Below are positions 38,016 through 50,036 of a stretch of 50,998 nucleotides of DNA, piece by piece. How positions within the stretch are numbered: position 1 is the stretch's first letter; each line of letters opens with the position of its first letter. The DNA lies in NCBI RefSeq assembly GCF_001194135.2, contig NC_068987.1, forward strand, positions 74,475,550 to 74,526,547. The letters run 5' to 3'. Origin of the DNA: Octopus bimaculoides (taxonomy: Eukaryota). Below the pieces are notes generated by a model. It worked only from the letters and a program-made list of their open reading frames with translations. It made no database searches and had not been told where the DNA came from. A program made the translations under genes and the position numbers.

Positions 38016-39444
38016 GGGGAAACAGCCGGAGAAACCTTTGTTGGTCTTGAATAGTAGATTTAATACGGCACCTTGTTTAACATGACCGCCTGCTATCAGT
38101 GAACTTCACTCTATCGCAAGAATTATCGCCAGGTCTCCGGTCTGGGGAATAACTTCTGCCGTTCCTCCCATTCATCTCAGGGGAGACTTTGAAAAGGGCT
38201 ATGGATATTGCCCTGCCTTCATCTGATTAAACCATTAAAAAACAAACATATTGCAGAAAAACAACATCCGCAACATCAGTAGTAACAACTAAAACAATAA
38301 TAAATCTCAAAGAGATCTGAAGCAAACATGACGTAAGAACCGCGATATCTTCTTCTTCTTCTTCTTCTTCTTCTTCTTCTTCTTCTTCACGCCCGTCAAC
38401 ACCACCGCCACCTCACTGTATCCACGCATTAAAGGAGTCCAATCAGCGAAATTTTATCCGAAGCTTCTTCACTGCTGACACCACGGTCAACTTTCTTCAC
38501 ATCAACTCCTCTTCGTCAATGGATTAATTTTCATGTCTTTCACGTGCAGTGCCCCTTTGTGGTGACAATGGTTGTGGTTGTGGTGGTGGTGGTGGCGGCT
38601 GTTGCGGCGGCGNNNNNNNNNNNNNNNNNNNNNNNNNNNNNNNNNNNNNNNNNNNNNNNNNNNNNNNNNNNNNNNNNNNNNNNNNNNNNNNNNNNNNNNN
38701 NNNNNNNNNNNNNNNNNNNNNNNNNNNNNNNNNNNNNNNNNNNNNNNNNNNNNNNNNNNNNNNNNNNNNNNNNNNNNNNNNNNNNNNNNNNNNNNNNNNN
38801 NNNNNNNNNNNNNNNNNNNNNNNNNNNNNNNNNNNNNNNNNNNNNNNNNNNNNNNNNNNNNNNNNNNNNNNNNNNNNNNNNNNNNNNNNNNNNNNNNNNN
38901 NNNNNNNNNNNNNNNNNNNNNNNNNNNNNNNNNNNNNNNNNNNNNNNNAGGAGGAGGAGGAGGAGGAGGAGGAGGAAAAGAGTTAATGGAAAAAGAAAAA
39001 CACAATACTGGTAAAGAATATAAAAGAATTAGATATAGAAAAAATAGAAAAAGACGGCCTATTTTGCCCCACCAAGCTCTGCTTAGAAGGAAATGAGCAA
39101 ACAAATGTCAGTTGTTCTAATATTTCTACTTGGAATAGGGAAGGGGAAGGGAGAATGTTTTGCAGTTGGAGTGTTTTGTCGTACGAAGATAAGGGAAAGA
39201 GTGACGTTTGTTTCTTGATGTAGTTGTATTACATTCTGTGTGAGTTAGTTATTGTTGTTGCTTTAAACTGTAATAAATTATTTCGCACACATCATGCCTC
39301 AAAACATGCTGAAAATAGCAACAGCATTTCCCTTAAATCATGTTTTATCTTCAACAATGCAGTTTCTGATTGTCGAAAAATAGTTAAATTTGTGTTGAAG
39401 CATTAAAAGTCGGGCATAAAAAATTTTGAAATATTCAGGCCTAG

Positions 39445-39560
39445 GAATGGCTGAGTGGTTAAGGAGCCTGATTCGCAGACGTGGTTTTGGGTTCAGTCCC
39501 ACTGCGCGACAGCCCCGGGCCGATTGACGCTTTATGAGTGGATTTGGATTCGCATAAACC
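39445..39560 (+). mobile_element. SINE family B, 5' part
   Basis: tggctgagtggttaag (A box) and gggttcagtccc (B box). Confidence 0.7.
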
Positions 39561-39689
39561 GATGTAACTTTTCTTTTCAGTTATCTTGAAGCGTTGCTGT
39601 AACTTTTGCCTCAGAGACGTGAGAGTTTATCATAGACGTCTGGTCAAGTGGGAAAGTATCAGGGGCTTTAAAAAAGCGTTAAGCAAACC

Positions 39690-39960
39690 ACCAGTCTTAT
39701 TTCCACCAAATCGACAAAAGTAGAGCGACTAAGTTGGCTTGCTACGTATGGGGTTTGAAGACCAACAGCACATTACATACAATCAAGTGGAGAATCGTGG
39801 AGTATTTCATGCCATATATAAATTGTCTAAGAAATGCAACTTACGCGTAGCTGAAAGATCACACATTCTTTTTAGATCTGAAAATTTCACCAGACTACTT
39901 TATTCCAGATCTGAAATTCTCGGCAAATGCATGCATTGGGAAAATTTCTTTTGTCGAACA
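39690..39960 (+). mobile_element. Penelope-like ORF C-terminal remnant
   Basis: KKCNLRVAERSHILF...LLYSRSEILGKCMH resembles the PLE C-terminal pattern CNLC..EK..I....LN.RSE...KCRH. Confidence 0.6.
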
Positions 39961-40334
39961 AGAGAACACCGCCCTCACCGGATTGAGCAATTGTCTCGCA
40001 GGTTTAGGACTCCTCTTGTTGAATTATTCTACAACTAGTTTAATTATGACTTTTGCGGTCAAAGGGGATGCAACTCTAATTTTCCTTTTTTTTTACCTTT
40101 TTTTTATCACCATTTGTTTTTTCATTCCACTTTTTTTGCATCAACCTTCTTCTCGTTTTTTTTTTCTCGTTGTTTCTCATGTACCAGCATCCTGATTTTC
40201 CAATTAAACTAACCATATACTCATAGCCCGAAGATTACATGGAGACAAGTTATAAAACTTGCCCAACCACATATCTTAATGGCAAGAAACTATTAGTAAT
40301 TCTTATTTTAAAAGATTGCACATTAAATTTTATA

Positions 40335-40750
40335 TGTATGCTCTACAGAGAACTTGTGAATGGAAGGAGACTCCGGCAGAAACCAAGGCGGCGATTTAAG
40401 GACTGTGTCAAGTCCTCATTAAAGGCCTGTGATATGCAGGACACTAACTGGGAGAACAATGCCTGTCATCGCCACAGATAGAGGAAGCAGGTTAAGGAGG
40501 GGATCGACACTTTTGAGAGAGCACGTATCCAGCATGAAGAACTTAAGCGAGCTGCGCGAAAGCGCACGGCTCGTATAGTGAATGGGGAAAGCTTGGTCTG
40601 CAATGTTTGCAGTCGTGTATGCTTATCAAGAGCAGGGCTCATTAGCCACCAACGGAGCCGCAAATGCAAAATATAAGTTAATCCTAGAACGCATAATTTT
40701 CCTAAAGGTCGGCAATGGTCTTCCTCGGTCACGAGTGGACGGCCATCATG
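40335..40750 (+). mobile_element. RTE-clade LINE 3' end
   Basis: MLYRELVNGRR...KPRRRFKDCVKSSLKAC...WE, then a terminal zinc-finger-like CNVCSRVCLSRAGLISHQRS and a short 3' UTR. Confidence 0.85.
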
Positions 40751-40769
40751 TATGTATGTATATGCGCGC

Positions 40770-40990
40770 GTGCGTGTGTATGCGCGTGTACCTTTGTGTT
40801 TGTCCCCTCACCACCTGACAATCGATGTTGGTTTGTTTACGTCTCCATAATTTAGAGGATCAGTAAAAGAGAACGATAGCATAAGTACCAGAATTAAAAC
40901 CTAAGTATTGGTGCCCATTTGTCTGACTAAAACCCTTCGAGGCGGTGTTCCAACATGCCGAATCCAATGACTGAAACAAGTAAAAGAGAA
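40770..40990 (+). mobile_element. SINE family B, 3' part
   Basis: cctgacaatcgatgttggtttgtttacgtc...gaggcggtgttccaacatg...atgactgaaacaagtaaaagag. Confidence 0.75.
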
Positions 40991-41479
40991 TTAAAGATGC
41001 GGCGAGGAATGTTTGATATTATTTTATTTCAACAGACAAGGGAGACAATTCTGGAAATATATCGGTTTTATTCGCTCTCGTCAGCAAAATATAGTTGTTA
41101 TCGTTCTTGCTAATACAGTGATGACAAATATTATACACAAGTAGCCGTCAAAAATTAGAATATATATATGAATCACTAACATTAAATTTCTCAGAGACAC
41201 GATATGTATGAAAATCAATAGTTACAGTAATGTTTGTATATTTAATGTGATGAGCATCAAAAAACTAATTGAAAATGATTTTGTAGTGTAAAAAGGCAAC
41301 CCCCCCCCCCCAAAAAAAAAACATGAGATGGTCATAGCCGGNNNNNNNNNNAAAAAGGCAACCCCCCCCCCCCAAAAAAAAAACATGAGATGGTCATAGC
41401 CGGAACGACTTTGATGATAAGGTTTGTTCATTCAGGTTTGGTCTATGCAAACTCATCGGCCAGAAACGATATCTCCTCC

Positions 41480-41806
41480 TCCTCCTCCTGGGGTGCAGAC
41501 ACAATCAGAACGCCTTTTGTGCCCCTTCCTGTTGGCTACGGCTTCGTAGTCTCCGTTGCAGCTGTCCATGTCACGTCTTACAGCCTTTACAATGCTCACA
41601 TTTCATTGAACAGCAGTCATGATGTCAGTATTTTGATACCCGGTGCGAATTGTCATAAGACAGGTAACTCTCTTCCAATATCCAGATGGCTTCCAGTCAA
41701 CGACATCTTTAATATTTATGCTTTCCAATGGCATTGACTGTTCACCAATACATCAAGTCAAAACAAAAAAGACAGAGCAATCATTAAATTTAGCCCGAAC
41801 ACTTTG
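41480..41806 (-). mobile_element. Tc1/mariner (maT/DD37D-like) 5' end: TIR plus N-terminal transposase
   Basis: TIR aaatttagcccgaacac matches the MITE at 10481. Translation IRTGYQNTDIMTAVQ*NVSIVKAVRRDMDSCNGDYEAVANRKGHKRRSDCVCTP is similar to the N-terminal segment at 8880-8960. Confidence 0.7.
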
Positions 41807-42116
41807 TGTAATATAACAACTGACAAAAACAAATATAATAATAATAAGGACTACTTATTTTTAAACACAATTATTTTAAGTTCAAATAACGATATAGTAA
41901 AAGCAGCTCATAACAATAATGCTACTTCACTAAAGAACTAATGGTGGACAGAAACGAGAATCAAAGTTTTCTGAATTTGACTACTTTATTAGCAACTTAT
42001 TAGTAACACAGTAATTAAGGCGTGTAAGAAGTATACAATGTAAATTGTTAAATCCAAAGTAGCAGAAAGAGCGAAAAACAAAAAAGTATTTTCATTTGAA
42101 CTTCAGGTGTTTTTAA

Positions 42117-42394
42117 CCCATTACCTACCAGTGATCTCATATGAGATCACTTAAAAATTACAAATTTCGTAATTATCTGTCAATATTTAGACATATCTAA
42201 CCTTTTTGCTATATCTACTAGGTATATTTCTCTGATATTCAAATGAGGTTTGCTAATTTTTCACCCAATATCTCGCTTATTTCTATTTAAAATGTTATTT
42301 TGATCATTCCAGCGTGTTTCTGAGGCTGTTTTATGCTAGAAATCAAAGTTTCATAAAGAAAATTCCAGTTAATAGAATTATGGGAGGTAATGGG
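42117..42394. mobile_element. piggyBac-type MITE, 278 bp
   Basis: TTAA-cccattacctacca ... tgggaggtaatggg-TTAA; internal perfect 22-bp palindrome agtgatctcatatgagatcact (42130-42151). Confidence 0.9.
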
Positions 42395-42429
42395 TTAAAA
42401 TATTAATTGAAAAAAAGAAAAGAACAATT

Positions 42430-42620
42430 ACAATCCTTTCTGCTATATGCACAAGGCCTGAGGCTTTTGCAAAGGGCAATAGTCGATTATATCGACCCTA
42501 GTGCTTGACAGGTACTTATTTCATCGACCGCGAAAGGATGATAGGCAAAGTAAACCCCGGCGGGATTTGAACTCAGAACGTAAAGACAAGCGAAATGATG
42601 CTAAGCATTTTGTCCGTCTA
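42430..42620 (-). mobile_element. SINE family A, near full length
   Basis: gtcgattatatcgaccctagtg...ggcgggatttgaactcagaacgtaaagac...gctaagcattt. Confidence 0.85.
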
Positions 42621-42847
42621 GTGTCAGCAAATTTAAGCATTAGATTGCCAAAAACTATCTAGTCCCTGGGGGGAAATTTATCTCAGTTTGGGAAGCCTTG
42701 TATTGCATGATGTTGTCCTATAAATGATGTCCAATAGTCAAGCCTGGAGTGCCTTTCATCAAAGCTCGATTCGAACAGAGTTGCCTTGGATTTAAACATT
42801 AACAACAAAAACAAGACCAGCACAATGATAACAACAAAAGCATGATT

Positions 42848-42878
<31 letters not shown>

Positions 42879-43109
42879 AAACAACAGCGACATTACCATT
42901 ACAAATAACAGCAAAAAATCTCATCAGCAATCAGCAACAAAAGCAGCAGCAACCAACAATAGTAACAAGAACAATAAAAATAATATAAGAAGACAAGCAG
43001 TAACACCCAACAACAACAATAAAACCAATTCCAGGAATGTGCATTACACCCCACCCTCAGGGTGAGATTTATTCACTTCCTAGTGCTGTTGTTGGCGACA
43101 TCTGCCAAC

Positions 43110-43431
43110 GCCCTGGGTTAATGTTGGTGATGTTGGTGCTGGTGGTGGTGGTGGGGTAGTGGTAATGGTGGTAGCAGTAGTGTTGGTGGTGGTGGTGGTG
43201 GTTTACTCTGGAGTAAGTGATGGTAGTAGTGNNNNNNNNNNGTGGTGGTGGGGTGGGGGTGGTTGTGGTGGTGGTGGTGGTTTACTCTGGAGTAAGTGAT
43301 GGTAGTAGTGGTGGTGTGGCGATGGTGGGTACAGGTCATGCAGAAGGTGGAGTGGGGGTCGACTGATTGGTTGAAATGGTGGTAGCATCAACTGTGGACG
43401 GTGGTAGACGATTGTGAGAGAATGAAAGAGG

Positions 43432-43467
<36 letters not shown>

Positions 43468-43830
43468 GAGAGAGAGAGAGAGTGAGAGAGTGGAAGAGAC
43501 GTGGGGAGAAGGTGAGAGAAAATAAGAGGGAGGGAGAGAGAGTGAATAGAGAGAGTATATTGAGTAGGTAGGGAGATACAGAATGGCAGAATGCATATAG
43601 CATACAAATATGTGTGTGTGTATGTATGTATGTATGTATGTATGTATGTGCGCACTTGTGTTTGTATGTGTGTGTGTGTGTGTGTAACATGTGTGTGTTG
43701 TGTGTGTGTGTGTGTGTGTATGCATTTGTGTATGTATGTGTGTGTGCACACGTGTGTTTGTATGTATGTATGTGGGTGTGTATGACGTGTGTGTGTGTGT
43801 GTGTGTAACATGTGTGTGTGTGTGAATACT
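43110..43830. repeat. (GGT)n, (GA)n, (TATG)n and (TG)n microsatellite field
   Basis: Directly visible. Confidence 0.95.
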
Positions 43831-43996
43831 GCTCCACAACGTGTGACTGCATCAATGGGAAATTGTTCAAACTGAGAGTACAGCAGGACCGGATGCAAGG
43901 AAATTTGACAGCATCCATATCTCTTTCCTCAAGCCCACCCGTGGTGTGAAGACCACCCAGGGTAATCAACTAGCAGTCACTTCCACCGCCATCGAC

Positions 43997-44027
<31 letters not shown>

Positions 44028-44703
44028 CAACGATAAACTACAAAACACTACACCAATACTTCTCATGTAGCACGATTAACGGAGACATATACAACCGGGT
44101 GGAGACGACGACGTAACGGATGGCTATGGGGTGGTGGAGTCGTCTGGACTGACGCTGGTGGGGTGGGGGCGTGGAATTAGTGGATAGGTGTAGGTAGTGG
44201 TGTGGATATAATGTGGAGTGCGAGTTAACAGAGGTTGTGAAAGTATTTGGTGGTGGTGGTGATGATGATGTCGAGAGGGGCGGCGGATAGGATTGAAACT
44301 ACGATCAAACAGAGAAAAAGAGAGAAGAAAGAAAGACCAGGAAGAGGAAACGGTTAATAGGTATTTCTAACTCAAGATACAAGGTCACACATTTCATGCA
44401 CAGTGGATTATAGCGACTGTATACAACTTGCTTACTTTTTTTCTTCAATTTATATCGCAACTGGTGAACAACAGCGTCGTTAGCTATAGATTACTACTGG
44501 GCTAATCAGTTCCGGTTCACTCTATTTCGGGTGGCGTGAGTAACAAGGGAGTGTCTGTTCGACCAGATGCGAAACAAAGATCGTATGGAATCTAGTTCAA
44601 AGAATGTCGGGTTTTTAGTTTTCCCTAAAAATATTTAAACCCTCGCCAGAATAAATACATAGGCACACGCGCACATGCATGTTTAAAAACATACATGCAT
44701 ATA

Positions 44704-44777
<74 letters not shown>

Positions 44778-45453
44778 NNNNNNNNNNNNNNNNNNNNNNN
44801 NNNNNNNNNNNNNNNNNNNNNNNNNNNNNNNNNNNNNNNNNNNNNNNNNNNNNNNNNNNNNNNNNNNNNNNNNNNNNNNNNNNNNNNNNNNNNNNNNNNN
44901 NNNNNNNNNNNNNNNNNNNNNNNNNNNNNNNNNNNNNNNNNNNNNNNNNNNNNNNNNNNNNNNNNNNNNNNNNNNNNNNNNNNNNNNNNNNNNNNNNNNN
45001 NNNNNNNNNNNNNNNNNNNNNNNNNNNNNNNNNNNNNNNNNNNNNNNNNNNNNNNNNNNNNNNNNNNNNNNNNNNNNNNNNNNNNNNNNNNNNNNNNNNN
45101 NNNNNNNNNNNNNNNNNNNNNNNNNNNNNNNNNNNNNNNNNNNNNNNNNNNNNNNNNNNNNNNNNNNNNNNNNNNNNNNNNNNNNNNNNNNNNNNNNNNN
45201 NNNNNNNNNNNNNNNNNNNNNNNNNNNNNNNNNNNNNNNNNNNNNNNNNNNNNNNNNNNNNNNNNNNNNNNNNNNNNNNNNNNNNNNNNNNNNNNNNNNN
45301 NNNNNNNNNNNNNNNNNNNNNNNNNNNNNNNNNNNNNNNNNNNNNNNNNNNNNNNNNNNNNNNNNNNNNNNNNNNNNNNNNNNNNNNNNNNNNNNNNNNN
45401 NNNNNNNNNNNNNNNNNNNNNNNNNNNNNNNNNNNNNNNNNNNNNNNNNNNNA

Positions 45454-45897
45454 TATCCGATTTGGACCACCAAGAGCTGCAGATAAGTTCTGATTTTATA
45501 GATCATTTGCACGATGTAGGGAATATATCACCAGCATTGTCCAGACGACCTCAACATTAGTTTCAGCATCCAAGGCTCGGATCAGGATCTCAACACTTAA
45601 ATACACTGCAACACAATATCTTTTCCTCAACAGGCCCTGCCCTATTTAACATTGTCCCAAAACAGATCAATGAGGAAAATGATCCCATCACCTTTAAACG
45701 GAATCTGGACAAATTTCTCCAAGGAATACCAGATAAGTCACCTATACCTGGATACAACTCACTCAACAAGAACTCCCTACTCGAATGGTGCATGATAGCC
45801 CAAAACTTGATTAAAAAAGGATTTAGCAAATCCTATCAGGTGGTGCTATTAAGTTAGACATAACCTGGAACAATCTTTGGTCGAAACATATCCAAGT
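45454..45897 (+). mobile_element. CR1-group LINE 3' end
   Basis: HNIFSSTGPALFNIVPKQI...FKRNLDKFLQGIPDKSPIPGYNSLNKNSLLEW is a typical CR1 ORF2 C-terminus, followed by a short 3' UTR. Confidence 0.85.
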
Positions 45898-45905
45898 CAT
45901 ATATG

Positions 45906-46024
45906 GCTTACGGCCATATCACGTTGAAAGCACCGATTCTCGTCCGTTCACTGAAGTTAAGCAGCATCGAGCCTAGTTAGTACTTAGATGGATGACCGCT
46001 TGGGAAACCTAAGTGTTGTAAGCA
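45906..46024 (+). pseudogene. 5S rRNA: Full-length (119 nt) 5S rRNA copy, probably a pseudogene
   Basis: gcttacggccatatcacgttgaaagcaccg...gaagttaagc...ttagtactt.gatgg.tgaccgc.tgggaa...tgttgtaagc. Helix I GCTTAC/GTAAGC pairs. The C box GGATGGG reads AGATGGA and no T4 terminator follows. Confidence 0.92.
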
Positions 46025-46041
46025 TTCTAATTTATAGGTAC

Positions 46042-46182
46042 AGGAGTGGCTGTGTGTTAAGAAGCTTGCTTCCCAACCACATGGTTCCGAGTTCAGTCCC
46101 ACTGTGTGGCACCTTGGTCAAGTGTCTTCTACTATAGCCTCAGGCCGACCAAAGCCTTCTGAGTAGATTTGGTAGACAGAAA
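46042..46182 (+). mobile_element. SINE family B, 5' half (best-preserved copy)
   Basis: caggagtggctgtgtgttaagaagcttgcttcccaaccacatggttccgagttcagtcccactg. Confidence 0.85.
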
Positions 46183-46687
46183 ATATATAAACTTTTTCAC
46201 TTTGCCGAGCGTCAAACTAATACACATGTCTTCGTCTTTTTGTTTTTCTATAAATTTCAACTATATGCACCAGCATGACCGCAGCCACTTGGCTGAAACA
46301 CATAAATAAATAAATAAATAAATAAATATATATATGTATATGTTTGTGTGTGGGNNNNNNNNNNNNNNNNNNNNNNNNNNNNNNNNNNNNNNNNNNNNNN
46401 NNNNNNNNNNNNNNNNNNNNNNNNNNNNNNNNNNNNNNNNNNNNNNNNNNNNNNNNNNNNNNNNNNNNNNNNNNNNNNNNNNNNNNNNNNNNNNNNNNNN
46501 NNNNNNNNNNNNNNNNNNNNNNNNNNNNNNNNNNNNNNNNNNNNNNNNNNNNNNNNNNNNNNNNNNNNNNNNNNNNNNNNNNNNNNNNNNNNNNNNNNNN
46601 NNNNNNNNNNNNNNNNNNNNNNNNNNNNNNNNNNNNNNNNNNNNNNNNNNNNNNNNNNNNNNNNNNNNNNNNNNNNNNNNNNNNNNA

Positions 46688-46720
46688 CTAGCTGTTGGAC
46701 ACGGCGTTGCTCGTGTTTTC
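46688..46720 (+). mobile_element. Possible Helitron/Helentron-type non-autonomous element end
   Basis: actagctgttggacacggcgttgctcgtg resembles the ACTAG...CCCGGCGTTGCCCG ends of such elements. Recognised from the pattern only. Confidence 0.35.
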
Positions 46721-46964
46721 CGTGTTGAAGTTAAGCCCGCCTCTGGCCTTGCATTGAAATCTTCTACGTTCCACGTGCCAACTATTACCCATTAAGACGT
46801 TATATCTGGTTCAGCAGGGATTTTACCCGGTTAACGCTTTCAACATACTCCTACATACTGGACCGTCTGAAATCGCAGTCAAACTTTTCAGTGTACCTCG
46901 ACCCGTTGAGAGTGATGTTTGTTTATTTCTCTCCCCATAACGCCACCCTATGTACAAAATTGAT

Positions 46965-47095
46965 CAGCGAGGTCAGCTTTACCTTTCATCCTTTCAGGGT
47001 CGATAAAATAAGTACCAGTTGATTACTCGTGTCGATATAATCGACTTGCTTTCTTCCCCGAAATCGCTGACCTGGTGCCAAAATTTGAAACTAAT
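46965..47095 (+). mobile_element. SINE family A, 3' half
   Basis: cctttcatcctttcagggtcgataaaataagtaccag...gtcgatataatcgact. Confidence 0.8.
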
Positions 47096-47189
47096 ATTAA
47101 TATTAGAATTCATAATAATGTAAATATTTGTATTTCCACGTGTATTTTCCAGTAAATTCTTAGTTATGCATTAGATTAGATTATAATTG

Positions 47190-47345
47190 AAATTTACAGA
47201 AAAACAAAAGACGAAGACAGGTGCATGAACAACAAGCTGGTGTATTAGCTTGGCGCTCAGGAAAGTGAGAAAGTCTTTTTATGTTTCGAGTCTACGCTCT
47301 TCAACAGAAAAGAAAAAGAGAAAATAAACTGAGAGAGAATTAAAA
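47190..47345 (-). repeat. Dispersed repeat family E (PLE-like terminus) with a hammerhead-like motif at 47277-47311
   Basis: Homologous to 48515-48690, 46190-46260 (inverted, partial) and 10110-10220. Confidence 0.75.
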
Positions 47346-47802
47346 AACGTGTGGAATTATCGATCAAGCATGGCGGTTATATTATAAGCTCTACATTATG
47401 TTTTTTGTAGTCAATGTTCCTACAGTATAAGCATACATTGATATATATATTAAGAAACAACTATGCTGAGTGACACAATCGATAGAGCTATATTAGTGTA
47501 TAGAATCAACAATATACTTAAGAATGAGAGTGATTACACCCGTTTCCAATTTATTGCACATATATTTCGAGTGAGAGAATTTTAAAATGTAATGTGAAAG
47601 AAATAAAAGAAAAGAAAAGAAAAAATCTACCTACTTCGAACATACTACTACAGCTCCTGTATAATAAAAAACTTTTCCTTCGCTGATGATTCTAGGACAC
47701 TATACAAAATCCATAGATATGTAGTGTAGCAGTACTATTTATATTAATATTAATATTTGCATTTCTGAATCACACTGGATGAGATTATACATGTATGTAT
47801 AT

Positions 47803-48012
47803 GGTGGCGAGCTGGTACAATCGTTAGCACACAGGACGAAATGCTCAGTGGCATTTCATTAGTCTTTACATTCTGATTTTAAATTATGCCAAGGTCGTCT
47901 TTGCTTTTTATCTTTCGGGATGGATAAAATAAGTATCAAACAAGTACTAAGGTCGATGAAATCGACTAGACCCACCTCCTCCAAAATGTCAAGCCTTGTG
48001 TCTATAGTAGAA
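47803..48012 (+). mobile_element. SINE family A, full length and diverged
   Basis: ggtggcgagctggtacaatcgttagc head through aagccttgtgtctatagtagaaagga tail. Confidence 0.85.
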
Positions 48013-48027
48013 AGGACAATATATGGA

Positions 48028-48071
<44 letters not shown>

Positions 48072-48107
48072 TATATATATGTATATATATATATATCTCT
48101 CTCGCTT

Positions 48108-48141
<34 letters not shown>

Positions 48142-48601
48142 CATATATGTATATATATNNNNNNNNNNNNNNNNNNNNNNNNNNNNNNNNNNNNNNNNNN
48201 NNNNNNNNNNNNNNNNNNNNNNNNNNNNNNNNNNNNNNNNNNNNNNNNNNNNNNNNNNNNNNNNNNNNNNNNNNNNNNNNNNNNNNNNNNNNNNNNNNNN
48301 NNNNNNNNNNNNNNNNNNNNNNNNNNNNNNNNNNNNNNNNNNNNNNNNNNNNNNNNNNNNNNNNNNNNNNNNNNNNNNNNNNNNNNNNNNNNNNNNNNNN
48401 NNNNNNNNNNNNNNNNNNNNNNNNNNNNNNNNNNNNNNNNNNNNNNNNNNNNNNNNNNNNNNNNNNNNNNNNNNNNNNNNNNNNNNNNNATATATATATA
48501 TATATATATATAGGGAGAATTCACAAAAAAACAACAGACGAAGACAGGTGGTGTAAAAAACAAACAGATGTATTAGTATAACGCTCGGTAATTGAAAAAG
48601 T

Positions 48602-48637
48602 CTTTAACGTTTCGAGCCTACGCTCTTCCACAGAAAG
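48602..48637 (-). ncRNA. Hammerhead-like motif with a non-canonical core (family E)
   Basis: CTTT-CTGTGGA-A-GAGCgtagGCTC-GAAA-CG-TT-AAAG: stems I and II and a palindromic ACGT are intact; core position 6 is U instead of A. Confidence 0.55.
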
Positions 48638-48717
48638 GAACACAGAAAGAAACAAGGAGAGAAAAAAAGAAGAGAAAATGGATGTGTTATAAAACTTTTC
48701 CGCACATACAATAGCAG

Positions 48718-48790
48718 CCATTCCAACATACCGCCATCATCAGCTGCCCAACGGATGGTTTCGACACCTGAGAAGTACCATTCAATCCGG
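48718..48790 (+). mobile_element. Possible Gypsy integrase remnant
   Basis: With frameshifts it reads like T-A-(Y)H-(P)-A-A-N-G...F-R-H-L-R-S, resembling the integrase motif TTAYHPxANGxVERFHRxLK. Confidence 0.3.
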
Positions 48791-49416
48791 TGGTATCAAC
48801 AGCACTAAAGTAAGTATTGTTTGGAAACAAACATACCTTAGATATCACCATATTCATTCAATCTTAATTCTAGGAACGAGTAAGCACTAACATTATTAAT
48901 TAAGTTACAACAAAGAAACACATTTACTCTATGTACAACAGTATCGGTAAATAATTTCAATAAGTAAACCTAAATATATATATTTCTCATTCTGCTTGAC
49001 TTACATTGCTTATGTTCAACATATTTCTTGATAAATTCTATTTTACTACAAAGTCTTCACGTGCCTAGGATTTGGGTTCTATGTATTCATAGTTGTGTTT
49101 GTGTGTATGAGTGTCTTTGCACGTACTTGTATGCGTGTGTCTGCATGTGTGTATGTGTGTGTGAGTGCCTTTGCGTGTTTTCATCCATTATTTGACGTGT
49201 CATCCACTTAACGTTGACTATTAGCTGTCAGTAGAAAACAATGTTTTTTACTGTTACATTTAGCATCACAAGTAACATAATCTGCAAGTTTGCTGATATG
49301 TAGTGTAGCTAAAGAATTATTATCGCTAAGTAGGAATGTCACTCCCCAGAATACACACGCATATACACACGCGCACACCTATGTATACATACATACATAC
49401 TTACATACATACATAC

Positions 49417-49481
<65 letters not shown>

Positions 49482-50004
49482 AGATGGGCGAACGGGCGAT
49501 ATTGAGTTAGGCACAGCCTGCGTCTACACTGACAGAACTTATCTAAGTTCATATACTTATTAATTTAATTATTACTCCGAGTTTTCTTGTGAGGGTGTGG
49601 TTGTTTGACAAAAATGGATTAAGACCACACAAAAGTATGTTCTTAGAATGCTATATTACAATGAATTTCTCAAATTGAAATATATTTACTTTACTTAGTA
49701 TTGTGTCCTCCGTTCTTTGCTTCTATTTGCCATATAACGACATATATTAATAGACATTTCGAAGCGCCTAGTTTAGAATAGAGGCAGCTGATGAAGGAAA
49801 AGTTCCATATGTGGCTTGCCTGTTTTCCTGTGTCCATTCTGTTGTCCGTAAAAAAAGTTCGTTTTTTGTGCTTTGTTTATGTTCCCGTTCCTTTTTTGTC
49901 TACGTTTTTTGACGTCCTGTATCCGGATATGCATCTATATATACATGTAGATGTAGGTATGTACATATATGTATGTATATAGGCATATGCTCACATATCA
50001 TTTG

Positions 50005-50036
<32 letters not shown>

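Noticed and set aside
41050-41095. Minus-strand ATTTTG-CTGACGA-G...C-GATA-TATTTC-CAGAAT
   Set aside because: GAAA is mutated and stem III cannot form; degenerate.
41289-41402. About 53-bp direct repeat either side of a 10-N gap
   Set aside because: This is the typical signature of unmerged overlapping contig ends, so most likely an assembly artefact.
43185-43312. Duplicated ggtttactctggagtaagtgatggtagtagtg around a 10-N gap
   Set aside because: Same contig-overlap artefact pattern.
43110-43390. G-rich (GGT)n tract with quadruplex potential
   Set aside because: An ordinary trinucleotide microsatellite, partly artefactual around the gap.
48715-48810. Apparent plus-strand exon (AIPTYRHH...INSTK|gtaagt)
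   Set aside because: The acceptor tract is weak, and the sequence is explained as well by a decayed Gypsy integrase motif.
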